A stretch of 64,000 nucleotides of DNA from a virus. A model generated the notes under the pieces. The model did no database searches. It was not told the origin of the DNA and saw only the letters and a list, made by a program, of their open reading frames with translations. Within the stretch, counting starts at the first letter, position 1; each line of letters opens with the position of its first letter. This document shows positions 53,723-63,554 of the stretch, piece by piece. Where the stretch lies: positions 1 to 64,000 of the IMG/VR virus record IMGVR_UViG_3300034418_007766; one strand, given 5' to 3'. A program made the position numbers and the translations under genes.

Positions 53723-56700
53723 TATACTCTCCCTACCACTACTTCAATTGTTCCGTAGCCATCATCCTGTTTGGATTGTAGTGCTTTACCAATGACTGTG
53801 CCCATTTTAGGATTGTTATCAACTATTGCATAACCAGCTTTAGCTGCTGTAACAAGCAGGTCGCCTTTTTCCACCCGACCAAGCACTTTTGTAGGAACTC
53901 TACCTTGAAGTGCTACACCAACCACATGTTCACCTTTAAGCTCACTGTTCATGATATGCGCTGGATTTGTAGTTACAACACCAGCTACTCTTCTGTCACC
54001 TTTGGTGTTTGTTGTAGTTACTTCTTCGTCACCGCCAAACACTAGAACTGTGCCTGGTTCATAGTCTGTATCGCCTTTGTAGTTTTCAGCTAAGTCAGCG
54101 TAAAGAGCTTTTGTAGCAACACCAGCAAATGTAGTTGCATACACTGTGTTGAATATATCACCTGAAGTGCCGATAGTCTGACCATTGTCAGCACCACTAC
54201 CATTTCCTGGTCCTCTAAATCCGCCAGGCGCAGTGATAGTTGAGGCAGAGCCAGCTGTAATAGTGCCGCCTCCGCTGATTGCACCGCCTACTGTTAGTAA
54301 ATTTGTGTTTGGATTGTATGTAATACCAGTATCGGTTCTAAGAGTTTCTGCTGTTGCAGAAGCATTGTTATCAGCAACAAAAGTCAAATATTGTGTGGAG
54401 TTGGCGCTGTTTGATATTGTTTTTATTGTATCAGCACTATCTGCATTGCCTGTTAATTCGCCTGTGCTTACATCAAGTATTACATCTGTGCCATTGTATA
54501 TATCACCGTCAACATTTGCTGATATTTTGCTTGGTAAGCCAATAACAAATGTAACATTTCCTGTGCTTGGTTCTGTAGTTGTGATACTTACTTCATTGGC
54601 TGTGCCTTGTATTCTAACAGCATTTCCTAGTGGAACATCAACATTGGCAGTCCCATCTCCGACACTAATAGAGCTATTGGATAATTTTGCGTTGGTAATG
54701 CTACCTGCTAGTTCATCGTTTGAAATGCCAAGTGCTTTAATTCTAACACGACCAGTTAGTGTAGCACTATCTAGTTCTACTTCAAAGTTTTCGTCACTGT
54801 AGATACTCATTCCAAGGGTGCTTTGGACAAAAGTTCCATTTCCCCAACCAGTTGATCCATCATCTTCATCAAATGTCGTTGCGGCTTGTAAAGAAAGTTT
54901 GCTTTGAGCTATTCCTGCTGTATTACTTACATCGGCATTTTCAATAGCACCTGCATTTATCTGTCCTTCCATCAAGCCTGAAGTAGCATCAAATGTCATT
55001 GAAAAGTCACTGTTTGCAACATTTGTATCAAATCCTGTGTTTATCCATCCATCTGTAGCGTCTTTGTAAATTAAGAATTCGCCAGCAGCTGGTGATGAAA
55101 TAGTGGTATCTTCTAACTCACTGAGTTCATCTTGATTTGCTAATCCAGTATCAACATAATCTTTTGTGACAGCATCACTCGGTGATGTAGGTGTCGCTAA
55201 GTCGATAATTTGATTATTACCCATACGCAAATTGCCTGCTAAAGGCAAAATACCACTCAGTGGCAAGAAACCACCTGTGGTTTGTGGAATTAATTCTGCA
55301 CCAGCAAGTGCAGTGCCGTTTCGATCCATACCCAAACGTCTGTCGATATAACCTTCAACTGCTGTTTCAACTGGCACTGCATCAGCAGTAGCATTTGTAA
55401 ATGTATCATCAGCACTAAATTCGTTGACACGCACACCTCGTTTAAAGCCAATACCGTCAATGTTTGTAAGAACAAGTGCAGCGTTAAATGTAATACGTCC
55501 TGTGCCTTGGTCAACTGTAAAGAATCTACCAACACGGAAGAAACCATCTTGGTCTGTTGAAGCAAAGAACACTCTACCTCTATTACGTTCTTGAACTTGC
55601 GCTTTGCTTGCAAAACCTTCACTGTCTAAACTTTCTTCATCGGTAACGGCTGCAATTTTTGGACCACCAAAAATTCTATCTGGATAGTTACTGGTATTGT
55701 AACCACCTGTTCCTATGTCTAGGAAGTCATGTGAAGTAGCACGACAAGTTGAAATGTTTACAGTAACACTACCTGATTCTGCTTCTTGTAAGCCTACTTG
55801 CAAAGTAATATTGTTACCAGCTGCATTACTTGCTCTTGCAGCAAGTCCTGAGCCCACATAAGTATCACTGATATTATATTTGTCGCTAAAACTAATGATA
55901 CCAAAATCTGTGCCTGTTCCGCTATCTGTTACCACTTGATATCCTGTTATAACATGCACTTTGCCTTGCCATGCAAAAATCATATCAGCTGTAGCATCGT
56001 CACCAAGATTTATACGATTCTGATCTGCTGCGCTCAATATTGTTGACACAGCAATGTGTTGGTCACCTTGTGTATCGCCTAGTGTAGTGCCGCCAGTTAG
56101 ACTGTATGTTGCTGGTGATTGTCCAGCAAAATCATTACTTACAACCAAATCTATGTAATCAAAGTTATCATCAATGGTCACTCTTGTTTGAGCGCCAATT
56201 GCTGGAACACCAGCTGTTAGTGTGTTTTCAAATGCAAGTGTTCTATACGTTACAGTTTCCTGCTCATCAAAAATCAAAGCAGTTGATGGTCTTGTAAGTG
56301 TTGCACTTGTAATACCGTTTAATATTATGTTTTGTTGACTTGTCAACACAGCATTTGTAGCGTGAGCTACGTTGAATTGCAAACCTGTTGTTTCTGTAGA
56401 AACTTCACCGCCTGTGCCTGATGTAAATTCTAATCTCCAAATCTTTTTACCAATTAATCCTGGAAAGGATCCAATATCGTCATCAATTGTTCCGTCTACA
56501 TAATCTGATGGTATTTCTCTTCCAGTATCGCTTACGTTAATTACTTCATATGGCTGGAATGTTGTTTCACTATCATTATGGTGAATTTCAAGTTGAGAAG
56601 CGTTTAATGGATAATTAGTGGCATCGTAAATAAATGCACGTTGCGCACCTTTTGTTCCACCAAAATCTCTATTAACCAAACTCACTGGAACACCATAACT

Positions 56701-59700
56701 TTGGTAAACTGTTCCGCTACCTCCGGCGTTTGTTCCTGTTGCGGTAAATGCTAAACCAATCGTATTACTTGCTGCACCGACAGTAGTCCAATCAGATCCG
56801 TTAATACTACCAATAACATATCTTGTAGTAGCAAGAAGACTACCATCATTTGTTACGCTATTAAGTGTAATTTCGTCTGTGTCATTGAATGCATAATCAT
56901 ATCTTGTGGTTGCAGATACGTGTCTATTCACACTGATAATACTATTTGTTGCATTATCATCGTTAAAAATTACATTTGCATTTGCAATATTACCTGTTAC
57001 AGTATCATATTGACGTAAAATATCACCTCTTGCAATACCCGAACTATTACCAGTGATTTCAACTTCTTGATCAACATTAAATATTTTTACAGGCTGTGTT
57101 AAGTCTTGACCAATTGTAACTAATTTTGCAACTTCGTCTGGGTCGCTACCCTCAGCAACCATGCCGTAATTACCATAGCTGTTGTTACCTGTCAAACTAC
57201 GTATTTGAGAACCATTGCTTGATAAGTAACCAGTATGACAATAATATGTAAACACCGACACAAGTTCTGAAAGTGCGTTGTTACGTGCTATAACACCATA
57301 ACCTAAATCGTTAATTTGTGTATAGTCGTTTGCAAGCATGGATTTATTACCAGCACCTTGTAAAATAATTGGTATTGGGCCGCCGGCACTATCAGTTTCA
57401 TCGTCTAGTCCATTGCCGCCATTTGCTCCTGCATCAAGCACTAGTGTAGCTGTTGCCTTGCCTGCACCGTTATCGGGCACATAATCAACAATAGCATTAA
57501 CTTGATAGCGTCTACCAAATTCAAAGAAACTACACGGCACTGTTGGCTTTCTAAATCCAAGGATGCTTGTAGTAGGAGCTTCTACTTGAATTCTGAATGG
57601 ATCGCTGTTGCCGCCCTGTATAACAGTCATAGGAACATTATAGCAATAGCCATCTATAAACATGCCGCCTGCAAATATTTTTTGAGTAACACCGCTTTTT
57701 GCAAAGCTAGAGCAGGTTTGTGCGTAAGGAGATCGTGTAAAGATAGCACCTTCAGGGTCAAGCACCATCATAAAACCGCCTTGTCTTTGTGCTGTGACAT
57801 TTCTAATAATGGTGTTATCGCTACAAAGGAACATGTCCATTTGGTTATTATCTAATGGTGGATTATAACTTGCATCAAATGCATATGCAACAAAACTAAC
57901 AAGTGCGCTTGCGTTTGTATTTGCATTGGTTTCTGCTACTAAATTATTATTAGATACTCTGCCTGTGTCGCCGCCCGCACCGCCGTAAGCTGTTTGTGCC
58001 AACACACTGGTAATAATAGTAGCAATATTGTTGATTGCTGCTTCTGTTTCAGTCTCCTGTCCGGGAACAACATTTGCAGCATAGGCTTTTTGGTTTATAC
58101 CACTTTGTATTCTTCCGCCAGTTCTTAAATCAGATTCAATACCGTCAACAATATATCCAGTGTCTCTACGACATTTTGTTTCATTATAAACCAAAGCAGG
58201 ATATGCATCATTGATAAAACTAATGGTTCTATCAATAATAAATTGTCTGTTTAAACTAATCAAGTCAGCAGCTTCGCTAAACTTACCTGGATTTGTAGCA
58301 CCAAAGCTACTGATATCCATTTCGCTAGTAGGATCGGTTAGATAATGCCTACCAAAATAGCCATCGGTGTCGCCAGTTAAATCATTTACATATGCTTCAC
58401 CTGCTGTTGCAGTTGTGTTTCCGTCAATGGTAGCATCTCTATAGAAATATGTATTTGCTGCTGGTGACAAACTCATGCCTGCTGCTGGTCGAATAATTAC
58501 ACGTCTAAATTCATCACCTTTGATACTTACGTTAGGTGGTAATCTAATTGGAAGTTGTTCTTCGTATACTCCAGTTTCGATTCTAATACTAATTTGCTGT
58601 TTCTTAACAAACGCACCATATTCAATTTCTTCTTCGTCATCGAACTCAATAGGCAATAACAACTTTAATGAAATTGTGTCGTGTGTTGGAAAGCCATTTG
58701 CACTGTCGTCGATACCACGAGTATAATCTTCTATAAATCCTACTGCACCAGAACGTTTACCTCTAACAATTTTGCCAGGAAAAATATCTGTATTTGGTTC
58801 ATCTTCAGCTGGATCTCCTGCTTGTGTTAGGAATTTATTATTTCCGCTATACACATATAATTTGTAGTTGTTGCTTGCTTCAACAAATGCAGGGTCTGCT
58901 GTTGCAGTGTTAATTGTGTCTAAAACATCATCAAATCTAGCTGCTGCGGTTAGATACCAAACGTTTCCTGTAGCACTGCCACCTAGAGCTGTGTTTACTG
59001 CTGCAAGCATGGTTACTTTTGCAAATTGAAGTGCGCTGACAGTTTCTGTGTATTGTCCGCCGCCACCGGTATCAATTGCAATTTCGCCACTTGCGTTAGA
59101 GAAATATCTAAGTCCAGCGTAAACACTTAGGTAATTATGTTTGATACTACTAGTGCTTGCAAGAATATCAAGTCTGATACTTTGGTGTATCAGGGCTAAA
59201 TCTCGTCTACAAATAGATTCATCGTAAACAAAATTAGGAAATGTTGATTCTATATGAGCAACAGTTTGATCGATTACACTTTGTAAATTAGCAGTGAATG
59301 CGGCTGCTACTGTAGCAGCATCTGCGGTAGAAGCTGTATATCCAGTGTTTAAATAATTTGTTACATATCCTGGATTTGTTCCTGTGCCGTCTGTAAATTG
59401 TAGAGTCTGAACATAAGGTCCAACATCAGGCATTGCAGCTTCTTGTAGTCTTGCTGCTCTTGCACATGCTGCTGCAATAGTTCTATAGGCATATTTTTCA
59501 CTACGTCCTGCTCTACCAGGAGGTGTTTGTGATTGTGTATCATCGCCTGAAATGTTTACATATATGTTTTCGCTTAAACTATATTGTTGGGCATCAACAT
59601 AATATTTTGTTGCTGCTTGTAGATCGTCTTCTGAAGTTGGAGTTCCTGCACCTTGGAACGGCGAGGGATGATCGTGCAATGTAAGTGCACCAGTCATGGT

Positions 59701-60645
59701 ATCGCCTTCTCTACGGACTATACTTTTTCTTGGAAGTATTGCATTGCCTTTCCAAAATCCTGACAAAGCACCATCACTATCGTCCCAGTTTGCATCCTTG
59801 AATGTTTGCGAGCCTGTTCCGCCGGTAGCAATAATCTGGTTTGTGTTGTTTAATGCATCGTTAGCAGTTGGGTGAATAGTAACTTGATTAGAAGTAGATC
59901 TACGCAAATAATAAGTATCACCACTTGTAAGATTGGTTGCATCAGTTCCATCTGAATTATATAACCATGGACTACCTGTTACTGCTTCAGTCCATCCATG
60001 GGACACAATATTAGCTGCTCCATTAGTATAGCTTGCAATAGTTTTGGTATAATCTGCTGCATCAACTGGCTCATCTGCTACTGTAGGGCCAACTCCAAAA
60101 TGATTGCGTGGAACATATTTTCTGTCAGCCAACCCAACACTTGGAACAACATGATCAATGTCAACATCTGGATCATGCACGGTATTCCAGCTGTCAACAA
60201 GTTGCTGGCGAGTAGCATCTCCTAGTATTAGTGGGTGTGTAGTATCACTGTAAGCAATAGCTGCACCCATTTTCAATGGAGATGAAATAGTAGGACTATT
60301 GTCAGTTTCGATGTTTACGTTTATAACACGTAATTTGAGTTGATTGCCTTCAACAGTGAATGCAATTGTATTATCAGGATCATTAGGATCAGCATTGTTA
60401 GCATCAGAAACTAGGTCGTAAAAATCAATACCAGTTCCAGCTTGATTGACTAATAAAACTTTACCTTCGTTTCCAACTGTGCTATTTGGTGTATCGTTAA
60501 GTGTGGTGAAACTAATTTGTCCACCTAATCCAAAAACAGCATAGAGTTCATTAAAATTTTCGTTTACCTTTTTGAAGGATTCACGGATACTATCGCCTGT
60601 GCCGTCATTACCCTCTACACCAATATCTACTTCTTGTTTAGCCAT
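53722..60645 (-). CDS. giant tail fibre/baseplate protein (2307 aa) with C-terminal intramolecular chaperone-like domain
   Basis: GNDGTGDSIRESFKKVNENF N-terminus; AATKYYVD and AVTKDYVD fibre motifs; G.YEEQLPI and CRRD motifs; C-terminal ADLAENY...VALQGRVP...IGKAL. Confidence 0.8.
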   Translation of the reverse strand: MAKQEVDIGVEGNDGTGDSIRESFKKVNENFNELYAVFGLGGQISFTTLNDTPNSTVGNEGKVLLVNQAGTGIDFYDLVSDANNADPNDPDNTIAFTVEGNQLKLRVINVNIETDNSPTISSPLKMGAAIAYSDTTHPLILGDATRQQLVDSWNTVHDPDVDIDHVVPSVGLADRKYVPRNHFGVGPTVADEPVDAADYTKTIASYTNGAANIVSHGWTEAVTGSPWLYNSDGTDATNLTSGDTYYLRRSTSNQVTIHPTANDALNNTNQIIATGGTGSQTFKDANWDDSDGALSGFWKGNAILPRKSIVRREGDTMTGALTLHDHPSPFQGAGTPTSEDDLQAATKYYVDAQQYSLSENIYVNISGDDTQSQTPPGRAGRSEKYAYRTIAAACARAARLQEAAMPDVGPYVQTLQFTDGTGTNPGYVTNYLNTGYTASTADAATVAAAFTANLQSVIDQTVAHIESTFPNFVYDESICRRDLALIHQSIRLDILASTSSIKHNYLSVYAGLRYFSNASGEIAIDTGGGGQYTETVSALQFAKVTMLAAVNTALGGSATGNVWYLTAAARFDDVLDTINTATADPAFVEASNNYKLYVYSGNNKFLTQAGDPAEDEPNTDIFPGKIVRGKRSGAVGFIEDYTRGIDDSANGFPTHDTISLKLLLPIEFDDEEEIEYGAFVKKQQISIRIETGVYEEQLPIRLPPNVSIKGDEFRRVIIRPAAGMSLSPAANTYFYRDATIDGNTTATAGEAYVNDLTGDTDGYFGRHYLTDPTSEMDISSFGATNPGKFSEAADLISLNRQFIIDRTISFINDAYPALVYNETKCRRDTGYIVDGIESDLRTGGRIQSGINQKAYAANVVPGQETETEAAINNIATIITSVLAQTAYGGAGGDTGRVSNNNLVAETNANTNASALVSFVAYAFDASYNPPLDNNQMDMFLCSDNTIIRNVTAQRQGGFMMVLDPEGAIFTRSPYAQTCSSFAKSGVTQKIFAGGMFIDGYCYNVPMTVIQGGNSDPFRIQVEAPTTSILGFRKPTVPCSFFEFGRRYQVNAIVDYVPDNGAGKATATLVLDAGANGGNGLDDETDSAGGPIPIILQGAGNKSMLANDYTQINDLGYGVIARNNALSELVSVFTYYCHTGYLSSNGSQIRSLTGNNSYGNYGMVAEGSDPDEVAKLVTIGQDLTQPVKIFNVDQEVEITGNSSGIARGDILRQYDTVTGNIANANVIFNDDNATNSIISVNRHVSATTRYDYAFNDTDEITLNSVTNDGSLLATTRYVIGSINGSDWTTVGAASNTIGLAFTATGTNAGGSGTVYQSYGVPVSLVNRDFGGTKGAQRAFIYDATNYPLNASQLEIHHNDSETTFQPYEVINVSDTGREIPSDYVDGTIDDDIGSFPGLIGKKIWRLEFTSGTGGEVSTETTGLQFNVAHATNAVLTSQQNIILNGITSATLTRPSTALIFDEQETVTYRTLAFENTLTAGVPAIGAQTRVTIDDNFDYIDLVVSNDFAGQSPATYSLTGGTTLGDTQGDQHIAVSTILSAADQNRINLGDDATADMIFAWQGKVHVITGYQVVTDSGTGTDFGIISFSDKYNISDTYVGSGLAARASNAAGNNITLQVGLQEAESGSVTVNISTCRATSHDFLDIGTGGYNTSNYPDRIFGGPKIAAVTDEESLDSEGFASKAQVQERNRGRVFFASTDQDGFFRVGRFFTVDQGTGRITFNAALVLTNIDGIGFKRGVRVNEFSADDTFTNATADAVPVETAVEGYIDRRLGMDRNGTALAGAELIPQTTGGFLPLSGILPLAGNLRMGNNQIIDLATPTSPSDAVTKDYVDTGLANQDELSELEDTTISSPAAGEFLIYKDATDGWINTGFDTNVANSDFSMTFDATSGLMEGQINAGAIENADVSNTAGIAQSKLSLQAATTFDEDDGSTGWGNGTFVQSTLGMSIYSDENFEVELDSATLTGRVRIKALGISNDELAGSITNAKLSNSSISVGDGTANVDVPLGNAVRIQGTANEVSITTTEPSTGNVTFVIGLPSKISANVDGDIYNGTDVILDVSTGELTGNADSADTIKTISNSANSTQYLTFVADNNASATAETLRTDTGITYNPNTNLLTVGGAISGGGTITAGSASTITAPGGFRGPGNGSGADNGQTIGTSGDIFNTVYATTFAGVATKALYADLAENYKGDTDYEPGTVLVFGGDEEVTTTNTKGDRRVAGVVTTNPAHIMNSELKGEHVVGVALQGRVPTKVLGRVEKGDLLVTAAKAGYAIVDNNPKMGTVIGKALQSKQDDGYGTIEVVVGRV

Positions 60646-60656
60646 TTTTTATTCCT

Positions 60657-61022
60657 TTACCATTGTGGTATATCTAATCTATCCATATCAAAATTTACAC
60701 TCACTCCACAACCACACGAACTTTGTGCATTTGGATTGCGTATTTCAAAGTTTGCTCCAACCAAACTTCTAACATAATCTACTTCGGTCCCAATTAAGAA
60801 CATCAAACTATGTGAACCTACTACAAAAGCACTGCCGTTGGCTGTTTTTACTACTTCATCACCTTCTTCTAAATCTACTGGGCTTGCAATAGTGCCCCAA
60901 TCATACTCAAAACCTGCACAACCACCGCCTTTGATGTTAAGAGTAATGCCGTAGCAATTGTTCTCCTTGCTCAAAAGGTCTATCTGTTTCTCTGCTGCTG
61001 GTGTTAAAGTTAGTATGCTCAT
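60657..61022 (-). CDS. IscA/HesB iron-sulfur cluster assembly protein
   Basis: GGGCAGFEY and NPNAQSSCGCGVS. Confidence 0.93.
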   Translation of the reverse strand: MSILTLTPAAEKQIDLLSKENNCYGITLNIKGGGCAGFEYDWGTIASPVDLEEGDEVVKTANGSAFVVGSHSLMFLIGTEVDYVRSLVGANFEIRNPNAQSSCGCGVSVNFDMDRLDIPQW

Positions 61023-61037
61023 AGTGATCCTTTCTAA

Positions 61038-61073
61038 TATTTATGGCTAGTTTTTATAATCTTAATGTAAATA
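61038..61073. promoter_or_regulatory. divergent pair of TAAATA late-promoter motifs
   Basis: TATTTA at 61038..61043 (minus) and TAAATA at 61068..61073 (plus, 5 nt before ATG 61079). Confidence 0.55.
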
Positions 61074-61078
61074 TAGTT

Positions 61079-61366
61079 ATGTATATAAAAGAATATTTGA
61101 TAGATACTTGGCATATGCGCCGTAGTAAACTTGGTAATCAACATACCTATAATCGCAAAAAAACAATGGTAGTTTTACGTTGTGATTCATGTGATAAGGA
61201 ATTTTCACGTGAAAGAGGTAGTATGGACCCAAAACGTTTGAGTAATAACTATTTTCACGTTTGTGAAAACTGTGATGCAAAACGATTTGCACAACAAAAG
61301 GGAGTAGATAAACGTATGGTTTGGCAACTAAAAGCCAGCAGTGATTTACCCATTAACAAATTTTAG
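61079..61366 (+). CDS. Zn-ribbon protein
   Basis: CDSC...HVCENC; basic; fills the gap between minus-strand genes. Confidence 0.7.
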   Translation: MYIKEYLIDTWHMRRSKLGNQHTYNRKKTMVVLRCDSCDKEFSRERGSMDPKRLSNNYFHVCENCDAKRFAQQKGVDKRMVWQLKASSDLPINKF

Positions 61367-61906
61367 CGTTCGGAAAAAATCAAAATCAAGTTGATATAAC
61401 TCGGTTAGATGAGCCATAACTTTGTATTTGTCTTTTTCAATAAAATCAAGTATCATTTTTTTGTATTTTTTCCTAAATGGTTCTTGATGAGTTTGCAAAA
61501 TTCTATCAAAGCAGTTATAATCTTGATTGATTTCTTCTAACACATTTTTGTGATACCAATATGGTTTGATATTCAACCCATGGTAATTGTAAAATGATGA
61601 TTGTAATGAAGTATGAAAGTCCCAAGGTTGCGGTTTATTTGTTAACCATTTTTGTAAATTTAATTTAATACCTTTATCACTCATAGGCTTCCATGGCGGA
61701 CCTTCAGGATAAGCAAAATATTCAACTGTGCCGCTAATCCATCTGTTCACAGGATCTCTAAATATAACAATTGCGTCTGTATTCTGAGGTAGTCCTATTT
61801 TATCGTTAAGCACAAACTGTTTGTTTAGTCCAAGCATTATGCTTTCGCTGCAATTTTTTGCAATAGTCAAAAAGGCTAGATTTCTAGCCTCATTATAAAA
61901 AATCAT
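61346..61906 (-). CDS. sulfotransferase-like protein
   Basis: IAKNCSES (5'-PSB-like), FRDPVNRWISG (3'-PB-like), H..LQ and Y..D. Confidence 0.65.
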   Translation of the reverse strand: MIFYNEARNLAFLTIAKNCSESIMLGLNKQFVLNDKIGLPQNTDAIVIFRDPVNRWISGTVEYFAYPEGPPWKPMSDKGIKLNLQKWLTNKPQPWDFHTSLQSSFYNYHGLNIKPYWYHKNVLEEINQDYNCFDRILQTHQEPFRKKYKKMILDFIEKDKYKVMAHLTELYQLDFDFFRTLKFVNG

Positions 61907-62064
61907 TCAGCTTTCCAAATTGTCCATGCGCCATAAGCAATAGCTGCATATGCAGCAAGTTTTGCAAACGGGCCAGCAATCAAAACAACTAGTCCAACTG
62001 CTATCAATGCTGCTCCATCCCAGGATGTGCGTTCATCTAGTCTTTTTGTGATCCATTTTTTCAT
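61903..62064 (-). CDS. 53 aa membrane protein
   Basis: Manual translation MKKWITKRLDERTSWDGAALIAVGLVVLIAGPFAKLAAYAAIAYGAWTIWKAE; ATGA overlaps on both sides. Confidence 0.7.
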   Translation of the reverse strand: MKKWITKRLDERTSWDGAALIAVGLVVLIAGPFAKLAAYAAIAYGAWTIWKAE

Positions 62065-62303
62065 GATAGTTTCCTTACCTTCTTCTCAAGCATTTCAATA
62101 CGCAGATCTTGAGCACGTAATTTTTCTTCTAATCCTTGCACGTAGGCTCTAGTAGGAACTTCACGTTCCATTCCATCCTCTCCCAACATGCTGTAATGAT
62201 CAGATCCTTGTCCTCTCAGACCTCCTAAAACTCTGTTAGGGTTTTTATCTTTTATAACACCTTGTGGTGTTTTAGATCCATACATTTTTTCCAAGTAGTT
62301 CAT
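62061..62303 (-). CDS. hypothetical protein
   Basis: 80 aa; GGAGG RBS; C-terminal coiled coil. Confidence 0.65.
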   Translation of the reverse strand: MNYLEKMYGSKTPQGVIKDKNPNRVLGGLRGQGSDHYSMLGEDGMEREVPTRAYVQGLEEKLRAQDLRIEMLEKKVRKLS

Positions 62304-62974
62304 AAGGTATTTACCTCCCTTTCCACCTTGACATATGAAATAATATCATCAATAGCAGAAATTACTTCAGGCGTAATTTCTGATTTTATGTCGTCTTGTG
62401 TAATATCATTATTTTTATTTAAATTAAATAGTTCTAAACTTTCATCAACTGTTTTAATTGCCTTTACATGCTGTTGTTGATTTTCTATATCTACTATATA
62501 ACATTTGGCTCTTAAACTAAGAGGAATGATATAGTTGTAGGTAAAATATGGACTAAAAACACAGTGTGATTTCCACTGTGAATCACTATAGCCTGTTCTG
62601 TTTTGGGCATACATCATAGAAACATCAAAATTAAATGTTTGAACGTATTTGTTACGAAAATGCCATGTCCATGCTTTAACATAATTTACATGTTCTAACA
62701 CGCTGACCGATTTAGGATAATCAAAACCTCCTGGTAATTTTCCAGCCTTCATCCATCTATATCCACTGATATACCAATCATATGGATTTCTACTTAATAG
62801 TATGCATTTATCAAAGCGAGATATGCGATCATTGATAAATTTCAAATCCTCTCTGCCATACAATCCCAGAGCACCGTTAGTTCCTTTACGATAGCTGTGT
62901 TCTAAACTTGTGCTTGCTGTTTTACAAGGTGCACAAATTATCACTTTATTATCTGAATTATATATCCATAACAT
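62300..62974 (-). CDS. sulfotransferase-like protein
   Basis: APCKTASTS and RNPYDWYISGY. Confidence 0.65.
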   Translation of the reverse strand: MLWIYNSDNKVIICAPCKTASTSLEHSYRKGTNGALGLYGREDLKFINDRISRFDKCILLSRNPYDWYISGYRWMKAGKLPGGFDYPKSVSVLEHVNYVKAWTWHFRNKYVQTFNFDVSMMYAQNRTGYSDSQWKSHCVFSPYFTYNYIIPLSLRAKCYIVDIENQQQHVKAIKTVDESLELFNLNKNNDITQDDIKSEITPEVISAIDDIISYVKVEREVNTL

Positions 62975-63554
62975 AATGAAACCTTTTACAATAATCAGCA
63001 GATATTTTATATAATAAATCTTTTGATAGAGTATTTAAACGAGGATATGGTATCCGAGAACTAGTTTTGTTTAATAATGGAATGTTGTATATATCAAAAG
63101 TTTTAAAAAATTCATCAATATTTTCTAACTTTATAGGTATAGCATTTTCGTCACAATATTGATCTGGCATAACACTGCAATGATCGCTCCAGAAACCATC
63201 AAATGCTTGATAATTTTGTGTTCTTTCTAAATATACATCATGTAGATGCTTTTCAAAATTAGTATGATACTTAAAATGTTTTGGATTCTTTTGTAGACTT
63301 TGTAAGAACCTAAATCCACTTACAAGCCATTTTACAGGATGTCTTACAATTACATAATGCGTATAATCGTTTAGATTTCTATTTGTAAGTTCACATACTT
63401 TTAGAGTTTTTTCTAATGCTGATAAAGGTATCTCATCAAATTTTGGGTTTGCGTAAATATCTATCCAGTCTTTTGGTAAAGCTGTTGCAAAAGTTTCAGT
63501 GCCACATTTCATTGGCACTGATATGATTATACCTTTTTCGTCATTTACAAACAT
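62958..63554 (-). CDS. sulfotransferase-like protein
   Basis: VPMKCGTET, VRHPVKWLVSG, KLEN and D...F.Y. Confidence 0.7.
   Translation of the reverse strand: MFVNDEKGIIISVPMKCGTETFATALPKDWIDIYANPKFDEIPLSALEKTLKVCELTNRNLNDYTHYVIVRHPVKWLVSGFRFLQSLQKNPKHFKYHTNFEKHLHDVYLERTQNYQAFDGFWSDHCSVMPDQYCDENAIPIKLENIDEFFKTFDIYNIPLLNKTSSRIPYPRLNTLSKDLLYKISADYCKRFHYVMDI

Noticed and set aside
253-60772. Numerous plus-strand ORFs in the ORF track (e.g. 16942..17382, 23339..23848, 48501..49052, 54185..54802)
   Set aside because: They are antisense shadows of well-supported minus-strand genes, without RBS or recognisable motifs.
61873-61890. Palindrome AGGCTAGA-tt-TCTAGCCT
   Set aside because: Lies inside a coding region, has a 2-nt loop and no U-tract; probably chance.
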